From positions 7,648,001 to 7,712,000 of the forward strand of contig CP068257.2 of the NCBI GenBank assembly GCA_009914755.4: a stretch of 64,000 nt of DNA, read 5' to 3'. The stretch comes from the human T2T-CHM13v2.0 reference genome, Homo sapiens. Within the stretch, counting starts at the first letter, position 1; every line of letters starts with the position of its first letter. The notes below the pieces were generated by a model that was not told the origin of the DNA, ran no database searches, and saw only the letters and a program-made list of their open reading frames with translations. Both the position numbers and the translations under genes were made by a program. Below, piece by piece: positions 51,001 to 64,000 of this stretch.

Positions 51001-54000
51001 GAATGGAATGGAATGGAATGGAATGGATAATAATGGAATGGAATGGAATCAATCCGGGTGGAATGGAATGGAATGGAATGCAATGGAATGGAATGGAATC
51101 AACTCGAGTGGAATGAAATGAAATGTAACGTAATGTAATGTAATGTAATGGAATGGAATGGAATAGAATGGAATCAATTCGAGTGTAATATAACGGTATA
51201 GAATGGAATGGAATGGAATGGAATCAACTAGAGTGGAAACGAATGGAAAGGAATGGAATGGAATGGAATGGAGTGTAATGGAATGGAATGGAATGGAATG
51301 GAATGGAATGGCATGGAATGGAATGGAATGGAATGGAGTGGAATCAACCAGAGTGGAATGGAGTGCAATGGACTGTAACGGCATGGAATGGAATGGAATG
51401 GAGTGGAATAAACACGAGTGGAATGGAATGGAATGGAATGGACTGGAATGGAATGGAATGGAATCAACACGAGTGAAATGGAATGGAATAGAATGGAATG
51501 AAATAAACACGAGTGGAAAGGAACGGAATGGAATGGAATGGAAGAGAATGGAATGGAATCAACTCGAGTGGAAAGGAATGGAATGGAAAGGAATGGAATG
51601 GAATGGAATGGAAAGGAATGGAATGCAATGGAATGCAATGTTATGGAATGGAATCAACCCGAGTTGAATGGAATGGAATGGAATGGAATGCAATGGAATG
51701 GAATGGAATCAACTCGAGTGGAATGAAATGTAATGTAATGTAATGTAATGGAATGGAATGGAATGGAATGGAATAGAATGGAATCACTTCGAATGCAATG
51801 TAATGGTATAGAATGGAATGGAATGGAATGGAATCAACCAGAGTGGAATGGAATGGAAAGCAATGGAAAGGAATGGAATGGAATGGAATGTAACGGCATG
51901 GAATGGAATGGAATGGAGTGGAATCAACCCGAGTGGAATGGAGTGGAATGGACTGTAATGGAATGGAATGGAATGGAGTGGAATAAACACAAGTGGAAAG
52001 GAATGGAATGGAATCAAACTGAGTGGAATGGAATGGAATGGAAAGCAATGGAATGTAATGCAGTGGAAGGCATTAGAATCAACTGGAATGGAATGGAGTG
52101 GAATGGAATGGAATCAACGCCAGTGGAATGGATTGGAATGGAATGGATAATAATGGAATGGAAGGGAATCAATCCGGGTGGAATGGAATGGAATGGAATG
52201 CAATGGAATGAAATGGAATAAACTCGAGTGGAATGAAATGTAACGTAATGTAATGTAATGGAATGGAATGGAATGGAATAGAATGGAATCAATTCGAGTG
52301 CAATATAATGGTATAGAATGGAATGGAATGGAATGGAATGGAATGGAATCAACCAGAGTGGAATGGAATGGAAAGGAATGGAATGGAATGGAATGGAAAG
52401 GAATGGAATGCAATGGAATGCAATGTTATGGAATGGAATCAACCCGAGTTGAATGGAATGGAATGGAATGGAATGCAATGGAATGGAATGGAATCAACTC
52501 GAGTGGAATGAAATGTAATGTAATGTAATGTAATGGAATGGAATGGAATGGAATGGAATAGAATGGAATCACTTCGAATGCAATGTAATGGTATAGAATG
52601 GAATGGAATGGAATGGAATCAACCAGAGTGGAATGGAATGGAAAGCAATGGAAAGGAATGGAATGGAATGGAATGTAACGGCATGGAATGGAATGGAATG
52701 GAGTGGAATCAACCCGAGTGGAATGGAGTGGAATGGACTGTAATGGAATGGAATGGAATGGAGTGGAATAAACACAAGTGGAAAGGAATGGAATGGAATC
52801 AAACTGAGTGGAATGGAATGGAATGGAAAGCAATGGAATGTAATGCAGTGGAAGGCATTAGAATCAACTGGAATGGAATGGAGTGGAATGGAATGGAATC
52901 AACGCCAGTGGAATGGATTGGAATGGAATGGATAATAATGGAATGGAAGGGAATCAATCCGGGTGGAATGGAATGGAATGGAATGCAATGGAATGAAATG
53001 GAATAAACTCGAGTGGAATGAAATGTAACGTAATGTAATGTAATGGAATGGAATGGAATGGAATAGAATGGAATCAATTCGAGTGCAATATAATGGTATA
53101 GAATGGAATGGAATGGAATGGAATGGAATGGAATCAACCAGAGTGGAATGGAATGGAAAGGAATGGAATGGAATGGAATGGAAAGGAATGGAATGCAATG
53201 GAATGCAATGTTATGGAATGGAATCAACCCGAGTTGAATGGAATGGAATGGAATGGAATGCAATGGAATGGAATGGAATCAACTCGAGTGGAATGAAATG
53301 TAATGTAATGTAATGTAATGGAATGGAATGGAATGGAATGGAATAGAATGGAATCACTTCGAATGCAATGTAATGGTATAGAATGGAATGGAATGGAATG
53401 GAATCAACCAGAGTGGAATGGAATGGAAAGCAATGGAAAGGAATGGAATGGAATGGAATGTAACGGCATGGAATGGAATGGAATGGAGTGGAATCAACCC
53501 GAGTGGAATGGAGTGGAATGGACTGTAATGGAATGGAATGGAATGGAGTGGAATAAACACAAGTGGAAAGGAATGGAATGGAATCAAACTGAGTGGAATG
53601 GAATGGAATGGAAAGCAATGGAATGTAATGCAGTGGAAGGCATTAGAATCAACTGGAATGGAATGGAGTGGAATGGAATGGAATCAACGCCAGTGGAATG
53701 GATTGGAATGGAATGGATAATAATGGAATGGAAGGGAATCAATCCGGGTGGAATGGAATGGAATGGAATGCAATGGAATGAAATGGAATAAACTCGAGTG
53801 GAATGAAATGTAACGTAATGTAATGTAATGGAATGGAATGGAATGGAATAGAATGGAATCAATTCGAGTGCAATATAATGGTATAGAATGGAATGGAATG
53901 GAATGGAATGGAATGGAATCAACCAGAGTGGAATGGAATGGAAAGGAATGGAATGGAATGGAATGGAAAGGAATGGAATGCAATGGAATGCAATGTTATG

Positions 54001-57000
54001 GAATGGAATCAACCCGAGTTGAATGGAATGGAATGGAATGGAATGCAATGGAATGGAATGGAATCAACTCGAGTGGAATGAAATGTAATGTAATGTAATG
54101 TAATGGAATGGAATGGAATGGAATGGAATAGAATGGAATCACTTCGAATGCAATGTAATGGTATAGAATGGAATGGAATGGAATGGAATCAACCAGAGTG
54201 GAATGGAATGGAAAGCAATGGAAAGGAATGGAATGGAATGGAATGTAACGGCATGGAATGGAATGGAATGGAGTGGAATCAACCCGAGTGGAATGGAGTG
54301 GAATGGACTGTAATGGAATGGAATGGAATGGAGTGGAATAAACACAAGTGGAAAGGAATGGAATGGAATCAAACTGAGTGGAATGGAATGGAATGGAAAG
54401 CAATGGAATGTAATGCAGTGGAAGGCATTAGAATCAACTGGAATGGAATGGAGTGGAATGGAATGGAATCAAAGCCAGTGGAATGGATTGGAATGGAATG
54501 GATAATAATGGAATGGAAGGGAATCAATCCGGGTGGAATGGAATGGAATGGAATGCAATGGAATGAAATGGAATAAACTCGAGTGGAATGAAATGTAACG
54601 TAATGTAATGGAATGGAATGGAATGGAATGGAATAGAATGGAATCAATTCGAGTGCAATATAATGGTATAGAATGGAATGGAATGGAATGGAATGGAATG
54701 GAATCAACCAGAGTGGAATGGAATGGAAAGGAATGGAATGGAATGGAATGGAATGGAATGGAATGGAATGGAACGGCATGGAATGGAATGGAATGGAGTG
54801 GAATCAACCCGAGTGGAATGGAGTGGAATGGACTGTAATGGCATGGAATGGAATGGAATGGAATGGAGTGGAATAAACACAAGTGGAATGGAATGGAATG
54901 GAATGGACTGGAATCTACCAGAGTGCAATGGAATGGAATAGAATGGAATGGAATTGAATGGAATGAAATAAACACGAGCGGAATGGAATGGAATGGAATG
55001 GAATGGAGTGGAATGGACTAGAATGGAATGGAATGGAATGAAATCAACCCGATTGGAATGGAATGGAATGCAATGGAATGGAATGGAATCAATTGGAAAG
55101 GAATCAAATGGAACGGAATGGAATGGAATGGAATGGAATGGAATGGAATGGAATGGAACGGAATGGAATCAACCTCTGTGGAATGGAATGGAATGGAATG
55201 GATTATAATGGAATGGAATGGAATCAATCCGGGTGGAATGGAATGGAATGGAACGGAATGGAATGCAATGGAATGGACAGGAATGGAATGGAATGGAATT
55301 CAATGGAATGGAATGGACAGGAATGCAATGGAATGTAATGGAATGGAATGGAATGGAGTGGAATGGACTAGAATGGAATGGAATGGAATGAAATCAACCC
55401 GATTGGAATGGAATGGAATGCAATGGAATGGAATGGAATCAACTGGAAAAGAATCAAATGGAACGGAATGGAATAGAATGGAATGGATTGGAATGGAAGG
55501 GAATGGATTCAACCCGAGTGGAATGGAATGGAATAGAACGGAATAAACACGAGTGGAATGGAATGGAATGGAATGGAATGGAATGGAATGGAATGGAATC
55601 AACTCGAGTGGAATGAAATGTAATGTAATGGAATGGAATGGAAGTGAATGGAATAAACACGAGTGGAATGGAATGGAATGGAATGGAATAGAATGGAGTC
55701 AATTCAAGTGCAATGGAATGGTATACAATGGAATCGAATGGAATGGAATCAACCAGAGTGGAATGGAATGGAAAGGAATGGAATGGAATGGAACGGAACG
55801 GAATGGAATGGAATGGAATGGAATGTAACGGCATGGAATGGAATGGAATGGAATGGAATGGAATGGAATGGAATGGAATATAACGGCATGCAATGGAATG
55901 GAATGGAGTGGATTCAACCCGAGTGGAATGGAGTGGATTGGACTGTAACGGCATGGAATGGAATGGAATGGAGTGAAATAAACTCGAGTGGAATGGAATG
56001 GAATGGAATAGAATGGAATGGAATTGAAAGGAATGGAAGAGAATGGAATGGAATCAACTCGAGTGGAAAGGAATGGATTGGAAAGGAATGGAATGGAATG
56101 GAAAGGAATGGAATGCAATGGAATGCAGTGTTATGGAATGGAATCAACCCGAGTGGAATGGAATGGAACGGAAAGGAATGGAATGCAATGGAATGCAATG
56201 TTAGGGAATGGAATCAACCCGAGTGGAATGGAATGGAATGGAATGGAATGCAATGGAATGGAATGGAATGGAATGGAATGGAATAAAATGGAATCAATTC
56301 GAATGCAATGTAATGGTATAGAATGGAATGGAATGGAATGGAATGGAATCAACCACAGTGGAATGGAATGGAAAGGAATGGAATGGAATGGAATGGAATG
56401 GAATGGAATGGAATGGAATGTAACAGCATGGAATGGAATGGAATGGAGTGGAATCAACCCGAGTGGAATGGAGTGGAATGGACTGTAATGGTCTGGAATG
56501 GAATGGAATGGAATGGAGTGGAATAAACACAAGTGGAATGGAATGGAATGGAATGGACTGGAATCAACCAGAGTGCAATGGAATGGAATAGAATGGAATG
56601 GAATGGAATGGAATGAAAAAAACACGAGTGGAATGGAATGGAATGGAATGGAATGGAATTCAATGGAATGGAATGGACAGGAATGGAATGGAATGGAATG
56701 GAATGGCGTGGAATGGACTAGAATGGAATGGAATGGAATGAAATCAACCCGATTGGAATGGAATGGAATGCAATGGAATGGAATGGAATCAACTGGAAAG
56801 GAATTAAATGGAACGGAATGGAATAGAATGGAATGGATTGGAATGGAATGGAATGGATTCAACCCGAGTGGAATGGAATGGAATAGAATGGAATAAACAC
56901 GAGTGGAATGGAATGGAATGGAATGGAATGGAATGGAATGGAATGGAATGGAATCAACTCGAGTGGAATGAAATGGAATGGAATGGAATGGAATGGAATT

Positions 57001-60000
57001 GAATGGAATAAACACGAGTGGAATGGAATGGAATGGAATGGAATGGAATGGAATGGAATGGAATAGAATGGAGTCAATTCAAGTGCAATGGAATGGTATA
57101 AAATGGAATCGAATGGAATGGAATCAACCAGAGTGGAATGGAATGGAAAGGTATAGAATGGAATGGAATGGAATGGAATGGAACGGAATGGAATGGAATG
57201 GAATGGAATGTAACGGCATGGAATGGAATGGAATGGAATGGAATGGAATGGAATGGAATGGAATGGCATGCAATGGAATGGAATGGAGTGGAATAAACAC
57301 GAGTGGAATGGAATGGAATGGAATGGACTGGAATGGAAAGGAATGGAAGAGAATGGAATGGAATCAACACGAGTGGAAAGGAATGGAATGGAAAGGAATG
57401 GAATGGAATGGAAAGGAATGTAATGCAATGGAATGCAGTGTTATGGAATGGAATCAACCCGAGTGGAATGGAATGGAATGGAATGGAATGGAGTGGAATG
57501 GAATGGAATGGAATGCAATGGAATGGACAGGAATGGAATGGAATGGAAAGGAATGGAATGGAGTGGAATGGACTAGAATGAAATGGAATGGAATGAAATC
57601 AACCCTATTGGAATGGAATGGAATGCAATGGAATGGAATGGAATCAACTGGTAAGGAAACAAATGAACAGAATGGAATAGAATGGAATGGATTGTAATGG
57701 AATGGAATGGAATCAAACCTAGTAGAATGGAATGGAAAGAATGGAATGAACAGGAATGGAATGGAATGGAATGGAATTTAATGGAATGCAATGGAATTTA
57801 ATAGAATGGAATGGAATGGAATGGATTATAATGGAATGGAATGGAATCAATCTGGGTGGAATGGAATGGAATGGAATGGAATGGAATGGAATGGACTGTA
57901 ACGGCATGGAATGCAATGGAATGGAGTGGAATCAACCCGAGTGGAATGGAATGGAATGGACTGTAACGGCATGGAACGGAATGGAATGGAGTGGAATCAA
58001 ACCGAGAGGAATGGAATGGAATGGAATGGAATGGAATGGAATGGAATAGAATGGAATCAATTCGAATGCAATGTAATGGTATAGAATGGAATGGAATGGA
58101 ATGGAATCAACCAGAGTGGAATGGAATGGAATGGAATGCAATGGAATAGAATGTAATGGAATGGAACGGAATGGAACGGAATGGAATGGAATGGAATGGA
58201 ATGGAATGGAATGGCATGGAATGGAATGGAATGGAGTGGAATCAACCCGAGTGGAATGGAGTGGAATGGACTGTAATGGCATGGAATGGAATGGAATGGA
58301 GTGGAATAAACACAAGTGGAATGGAATGGAATGGAATGGACTACAATCAACCAGAGTGCAATGGAATGGAATAGAATGGAATGGAATGGAATGGAATGAA
58401 ATAAACACGAGTGGAATGGAATGGAATGGAATGGAAGAGAATGGAATGGAATCAACTCGAGTGGAAAGGAATGGAATGGAAAGGAATGGAATGGAATGGA
58501 ATGGAACGGAATGGAATGGAATGGAATGGAATGTAACGGCATGGAATGGAATGGAATGGAATGGAATGGAATGGAATGGAATGGAATGGAATATAACGGC
58601 ATGCAATGGAATGGAATGGAGTGGATTCAACCAGAGTGGAATGGAGTGGATTGGACCGTAACGGCATGGAATGGAATGGAATGGAGTGGAATAAACACGA
58701 GTGGAATGGAATGGAATGGAATGGACTGGAATCAACCCGAGTGCAATGGAATGGAATGGAATGGAATGGAATGGAATGGAGTGAAATAAACTCGAGTGGA
58801 ATGGAATGGAATGAAATAGAATGGAATGGAATGGAAAGGAATGGAAGAGAATGGAATGGAATCAACTCGAGTGGAAAGGAATGGAATGGAAAGGAATGGA
58901 ATGGAATGGAAAGGAATGGAATGCAATGGAATGCAGTGTTATGGAATGGAATCAACCCGAGTGGAATGGAATGGAATGGAAAGGAATGGAATGCAATGGA
59001 ATGCAATGTTAGGGAATGGAATCAACCCGAGTGGAATGGAATGGAATGGAATGGAATGCAATGGAATGGAATGGAATGGAATGGAATGGAATAGAATGGA
59101 ATCAATTCGAATGCAATGTAATGGTATAGAATGGAATGGAATGGAATGGAATGGAATCAACCAGAGTGGAATGGAATGGAAAGGAATGGAATGGAATGGA
59201 ATGGAATGGAAAGGAATGGAATGGAATGGAATGGAATGGAATGGAATGGAATGGAATGTAACAGCATGGAATGGAATGGAATGGAGTGGAATCAACCCGA
59301 GTGGAATGGAGTGGAATGGACTGTAATGGTCTGGAATGGAATGGAGTGGAATAAACACAAGTGGAATGGAATGGAATGGAATGGACTGGAATCAACTAGA
59401 GTGCAATGGAATGGAATAGAATGGAATGGAATGGAATGGAATGAAAAAAACACGAGTGGAATGGAATGGAATGGAATGGAATTCAATGGAATGGAATGGA
59501 CAGGAATGGAATGGAATGGAATGGAATGGAGTGCAATGGACTAGAATGGAATGGAATGGAATGAAATCAACCCGATTGGAATGGAATGGAATGCAATGGA
59601 ATGGAATGGAATCAACTGGAAAGGAATCAAATGGAACGGAATGGAATAGAATGGAATGGATTGGAATGGAATGGAATGGATTCAACCCGAGTGGAATGGA
59701 ATGGAATAGAATGGAATAAACACGAGTGGAATGGAATGGAATGGAATGGAATGGAATGGAATCAACTCGAGTGGAATGAAATGGAATGGAATGGAATGGA
59801 ATGGAATTGAATGGAATAAACACGAGTGGAATGGAATGGAATGGAATGGAATGGAATGGAATGGAATGGAATAGAATGGAGTCAATTCAAGTGCAATGGA
59901 ATGGTATAAAATGGAATCGAATGGAATGGAATCAACCAGAGTGGAATGGAATGGAAAGGTATAGAATGGAATGGAATGGAATGGAATGGAACGGAATGGA

Positions 60001-63000
60001 ATGGAATGGAATGGAATGTAACGGCATGGAATGGAATGGAATGGAATGGAATGGAATGGAATGGAATGGCATGCAATGGAATGGAATGGAGTGGAATAAA
60101 CACGAGTGGAATGGAATGGAATGGAATGGACTGGAATGGAAAGGAATGGAAGAGAATGGAATGGAATCAACACGAGTGGAAAGGAATGGAATGGAAAGGA
60201 ATGGAATGGAATGGAAAGGAATGTAATGCAATGGAATGCAGTGTTATGGAATGGAATCAACCCGAGTGGAATGGAATGGAATGGAATGGAATGGAGTGGA
60301 ATGGAGTGGAATGGAATGTAATGGAATGGACAGGAATGGAATGGAATGGAATGGAATGGAATGGAATGGAGTGGAATGGACTAGAATGGAATGGAATGGA
60401 ATGAAATCAACCCTATTGGAATGGAATGGAATGCAATGGAATGGAATGGAATCAACTGGTAAGGAAACAAATGGAACAGAATGGAATAGAATGGAATGGA
60501 TTGTAATGGAATGGAATGGAATCAAACCTAGTAGAATGGAATGGAAAGAATGGAATGAACAGGAATGGAATGGAATGGAATGGAATTTAATGGAATGGAA
60601 TGGATTATAATGGAATGGAATGGAATCAATCTGGGTGGAATGGAATGGAATGGAATGGAATGGAATGGACTGTAACGGCATGGAATGCAATGGAATGGAG
60701 TGGAATCAACCCGAGTGGAATGGAATGGAATGGACTGTAACGGCATGGAACGGAATGGAATGGAGTGGAATCAAACCGTGAGGAATGGAATGGAATGGAA
60801 TGGAATGGAATGGAATGGAATGGAATAGAATGGAATCAATTCGAATGCAATATAATGGTATAGAATGGAATGGAATGGCATGGAATCAACCAGAGTGGAA
60901 TGGAATGGAATGGAATGGAATGGAATGGAATGGAATAGAATGTAATGGAATGGAACGGAATGGAACGGAATGGAATAGAATGTAATGGAATGGAACGGAA
61001 CGGAACGGAATGGAATGGAATGGAATGGAATGGAATGGAATGGAATGGAATGGAATGGAATGGCATGGAATGGAATGGAATGGAGTGGAATCAACCCGAG
61101 TGGAATGGAGTGGAATGGACTGTAATGGCATGGAATGGAATGGAATGGAGTGGAATAAACACAAGTGGAATGGAATGGAATGGAATGGACTACAATCAAC
61201 CAGAGTGCAATGGAATGGAATAGAATGGAATGGAATGGAATGGAATGAAATAAACACGAGTGGAATGGAATGGAATGGAATGGAAGAGAATGGAATGGAA
61301 TCAACTTGAGTGGAAAGGAATGGAATGGAAAGGAATGGAATGGAATGGAAAGGAATGGAATGCAATGGAATGCAGTGTTATGGAATGGAATCAACCCGAG
61401 TGGAATGGAATGGAATGGAATGGAATGCAATGGAATGGACAGGAATGGAATGGAATGGAATGGAATGGAATGGAATGGAATGGAATGGAGTGGAATGGAC
61501 TAGAATGGAATGGAATGGAATGAAATCAACCCGATTGGAATGGAATGGAATGCAATGGAATGGAATGGAATCAACTGGAAAGGAATCAAATGGAACGGAA
61601 TGGAATGGAATGGAATGGAATGGAATGGAATCAACCCTAGTGGAATGGAATGGAATGAAATCAAACTGAGTGGAATGGAAGGGAATGGAATGCAATGGAA
61701 TGTAATGGAGTGGAAGGCATTTGAATCAACTGGAATGGAATGGAAAGGAATGGAATGGAATGGAATCAACCCCAGTGGAATGGAATGGAATCGAATGGAT
61801 TATAATGGAATGGAATGGAATCAATCTGGGTGGAATGGAATGGAATGGAATGCAATGTAATGGAATGGAATGGACTGTAACGGCATGGAATGCAATGGAA
61901 TGGAGTGGAATCAACCCGAGTGGAATGGAATGGAATGGACTGTAACGGCATGGAACGGAATGGAATGGAGTGGAATCAAACCGAGAGGAATGGAATGGAA
62001 TGGAATGGAATGGAATGGAATGGAATGGAATAGAATGGAATCAATTCGAATGCAATGTAATGGTATAGAATGGAATGGAATGGAATGGAATCAACCAGAG
62101 TGGAATGGAATGGAATGGAATGGAATGGAATAGAATGTAATGGAATGGAACGGAATGGAACGGAATGGAATGGAATGGAATGGAATGGAATGGAATGGAA
62201 TGGAATGGAATGGCATGGAATGGAATGGAATGGAGTGGAATCAACCCGAGTGGAATGGAGTGGAATGGACTGTAATGGCATGGAATGGAATGGAATGGAG
62301 TGGAATAAACACAAGTGGAATGGAATGGAATGGAATGGACTACAATCAACCAGAGTGCAATGGAATGGAATAGAATGGAATGGAATGGAATGGAATGAAA
62401 TAAACACGAGTGGAATGGAATGGAATGGAATGGAAGAGAATGGAATGGAATCAACTCGAGTGGAAAGGAATGGAATGGAAAGGAATGGAATGGAATGGAA
62501 AGGAATGGAATGCAATGGAATGCAGTGTTATGGAATGGAATCAACCCGAGTGGAATGGAATGGAATGGAATGGAATGCAATGGAATGGACAGGAGTGGAA
62601 TGGAATGGAATTCAATGGAATGGAATGGACAGGAATGGAATGGAATGGAATGGAATGGAATGGAATGGAGTGGAATGGACTAGAATGGAATGGAATGGAA
62701 TGAAATCAACCCGATTGGAATGGAATGGAATGCAATGGAATGGAATGGAATCAACTGGAAAGGAATCAAATGGAACGGAATGGAATAGAATGGAATGGAT
62801 TGGAATGGAAAGGAATGGATTCAACCCGAGTGGAATGGAATGGAATAGAACGGAATAAACACGAGTGGAATGGAATGGAATGGAATGGAATGGAATGGAA
62901 TGGAATGGAATGGAATCAACTCGAGTGGAATGCAATGTAATGTAATGGAATGGAATGGAATTGAATGGAATAAACACGAGTGGAATGGAATGGAATGGAA

Positions 63001-64000
63001 TAGAATGGAGTCAATTCAAGTGCAATGGAATGGTATACAATGGAATCGAATGGAATGGAATCAACCAGAGTGGAATGGAATGGAAAGGAATGGAATGGAA
63101 TGGAACGGAACGGAATGGAATGGAATGGAATGGAATGTAACGGCATGGAATGGAATGGAATGGAATGGAATGGAATGGAATGGAATATAACGGCATGCAA
63201 TGGAATGGAATGGAGTGGATTCAACCCGAGTGGAATGGAGTGGATTGGACTGTAACGGCATGGAATGGAATGGAATGGAGTGGAATAAACACGAGTGGAA
63301 TGGAATGGAATGGAATGGACTGGAATCAACCCGAGTGCAATGGAATGGAATGGAATGGAATGGAGTGAAATAAACTCGAGTGGAATGGAATGGAATGGAA
63401 TAGAATGGAATGGAATGGAAAGGAATGGAAGAGAATGGAATGGAATCAACTCGAGTGGAAAGGAATGGAATGGGAAGGAATGGAATGGAATGGAAAGGAA
63501 TGGAATACAATGGAATTCAGTGTTATGGAATGGAATCAACCCGAGTGGAATGGAATGGAATGGAATGGAATGGAATGGAATGGAATGGATTGGAATGGAA
63601 TGGACAGGAATGGAATGGAATGGAATGGAATGGAACGGAATGGACAGGAATAGAATGGAATGGAATGGAATGGAGTGGAATGGACTAGAATGGAATGGAC
63701 TAGAATGGAATGGAATGGAATGAAATCAACCCGATGGGAATGGAATGGAATACAATGGAATGGAATGGAATCAACTGGAAAGGAATCAAATGGAACGGAA
63801 TGGAATTGAATGGAATGGATTGGAATGGAATGGAATGGAATCAAACCTAGTAGAATGGAATGGAAAGAATGGAATGTACAGGAATGGAATGGAATGGAAT
63901 GGAATTTAACGGAATGGAATGGAATGGAATGGAATTTAATAGAATGGAATGGAGTGGAATGGAATGGAATGGAATGGAATGGAATGGAATGGAATCAACC
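36068..64000 (+). repeat. Human satellite III (HSat3, classical satellite 3): (GGAAT)n pentamer array with interspersed CAACCCGAGT-type 10-mers; ~28 kb, single orientation, continues beyond the window end
   Basis: Near-continuous GGAATGGAATGGAAT with the diagnostic HSat3 motif GGAATCAACCCGAGTGGAATGG (HinfI GAATC sites) recurring every ~50-150 bp. I found no Alu or L1 sequence inside. The abundant HSat2-type CATTCGATGAT 23/26-mers are absent. The window reaches 64,000 still in the array. Confidence 0.92.
51575..54745 (+). repeat. Young higher-order tandem array inside HSat3: 785-bp unit, ~4.0 copies, >99% identical
   Basis: The marker CAACCCGAGTTGAATGG recurs at 51656, 52441, 53226 and 54011, exactly 785 bp apart. 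ORF-track translations at 51748, 52533, 53318 and 54103 are identical over 157 aa apart from one substitution in the last copy. Flanking copies of related sequence (e.g. 47951-48640) are single-copy and more diverged. Confidence 0.85.

Noticed and set aside
36068-64000. Hundreds of long ORFs on both strands across the satellite (up to 357 aa, e.g. 49850-50923 on the minus strand and 56131-57015), encoding MEWNGMEWNG... or IPFHSIPFHS... repeats
   Set aside because: These are artifacts of the pentamer. GGAAT read in any + frame (GGA ATG GAA TGG AAT) and ATTCC in any - frame (ATT CCA TTC CAT TCC) contain no stop codons, so ORF length only reflects distance between variant 10-mers. The predicted products are pure low-complexity repeats. 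I see no codon-usage, splice or promoter signal. HSat3 can be transcribed as non-coding RNA under stress, but that is not protein coding.
36068-64000. Alternative satellite assignments (alpha satellite, HSat2, beta satellite)
   Set aside because: No 171-bp alphoid periodicity or CENP-B-box-like sequence. No 68-bp beta-satellite Sau3A units. HSat2 is dominated by diverged CATTCGATGATTCCATTCGAT-type 23/26-mers with frequent CGAT, whereas here the array is nearly pure GGAAT with the HSat3-diagnostic CAACCCGAGT 10-mer.

Overview
This window is human (primate) genomic DNA, not microbial. It spans a transition from repeat-rich chromosome-arm sequence (1 to ~36,067) into a long, uninterrupted pericentromeric satellite III (HSat3, (GGAAT)n) array (~36,068 to 64,000, still running at the window edge).

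The arm part is a mosaic of interspersed repeats: about 19 Alu elements, several fragments of ancient L1 (L1M/L1PB-type ORF2 pieces), a MaLR LTR, and a 5'-intact full-length L1PA element (16,882-23,094) that is clearly dead. Its ORF1 carries two in-frame nonsense codons and its ORF2 is split by at least three frameshifts.

That L1PA appears to lie inside a much older, degraded HERV-L-type provirus (~13,679-27,716). The evidence is two ~80%-identical LTR copies in direct orientation, with a primer-binding site matching the 3' end of tRNA-Leu(CAG) immediately after the 5' copy. The same provirus also appears to host four Alus and a ~36-bp VNTR.

Other features are several minisatellites and microsatellites, an Alu with a clean 13-bp target-site duplication inside an old L1, and one CpG-rich, housekeeping-type promoter-like island (~31.1-31.56 kb). 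That island has adjacent ETS/GABP, YY1, NRF1 and ZNF143-like motifs but no identifiable gene.

The satellite block keeps one orientation (GGAAT on the + strand) and shows nested higher-order structure:
- loose ~2.5-2.8 kb periodicities near the arm;
- recurrent multi-kb blocks at irregular offsets;
- a ~3.7 kb intra-array duplication (46.4-48.5 kb vs 50.1-52.2 kb);
- a very young, >99%-identical 785-bp x ~4 tandem amplification (51,575-54,745).

The long ORFs in the ORF track across the satellite are stop-codon-free artifacts of the pentamer repeat, not genes. I see no evidence of a novel protein-coding or defence-type system. The most interesting content is the arm/satellite junction and the internal duplication history of the HSat3 array. 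All calls rest on direct reading of the sequence plus recalled consensus features, and no database search was possible.
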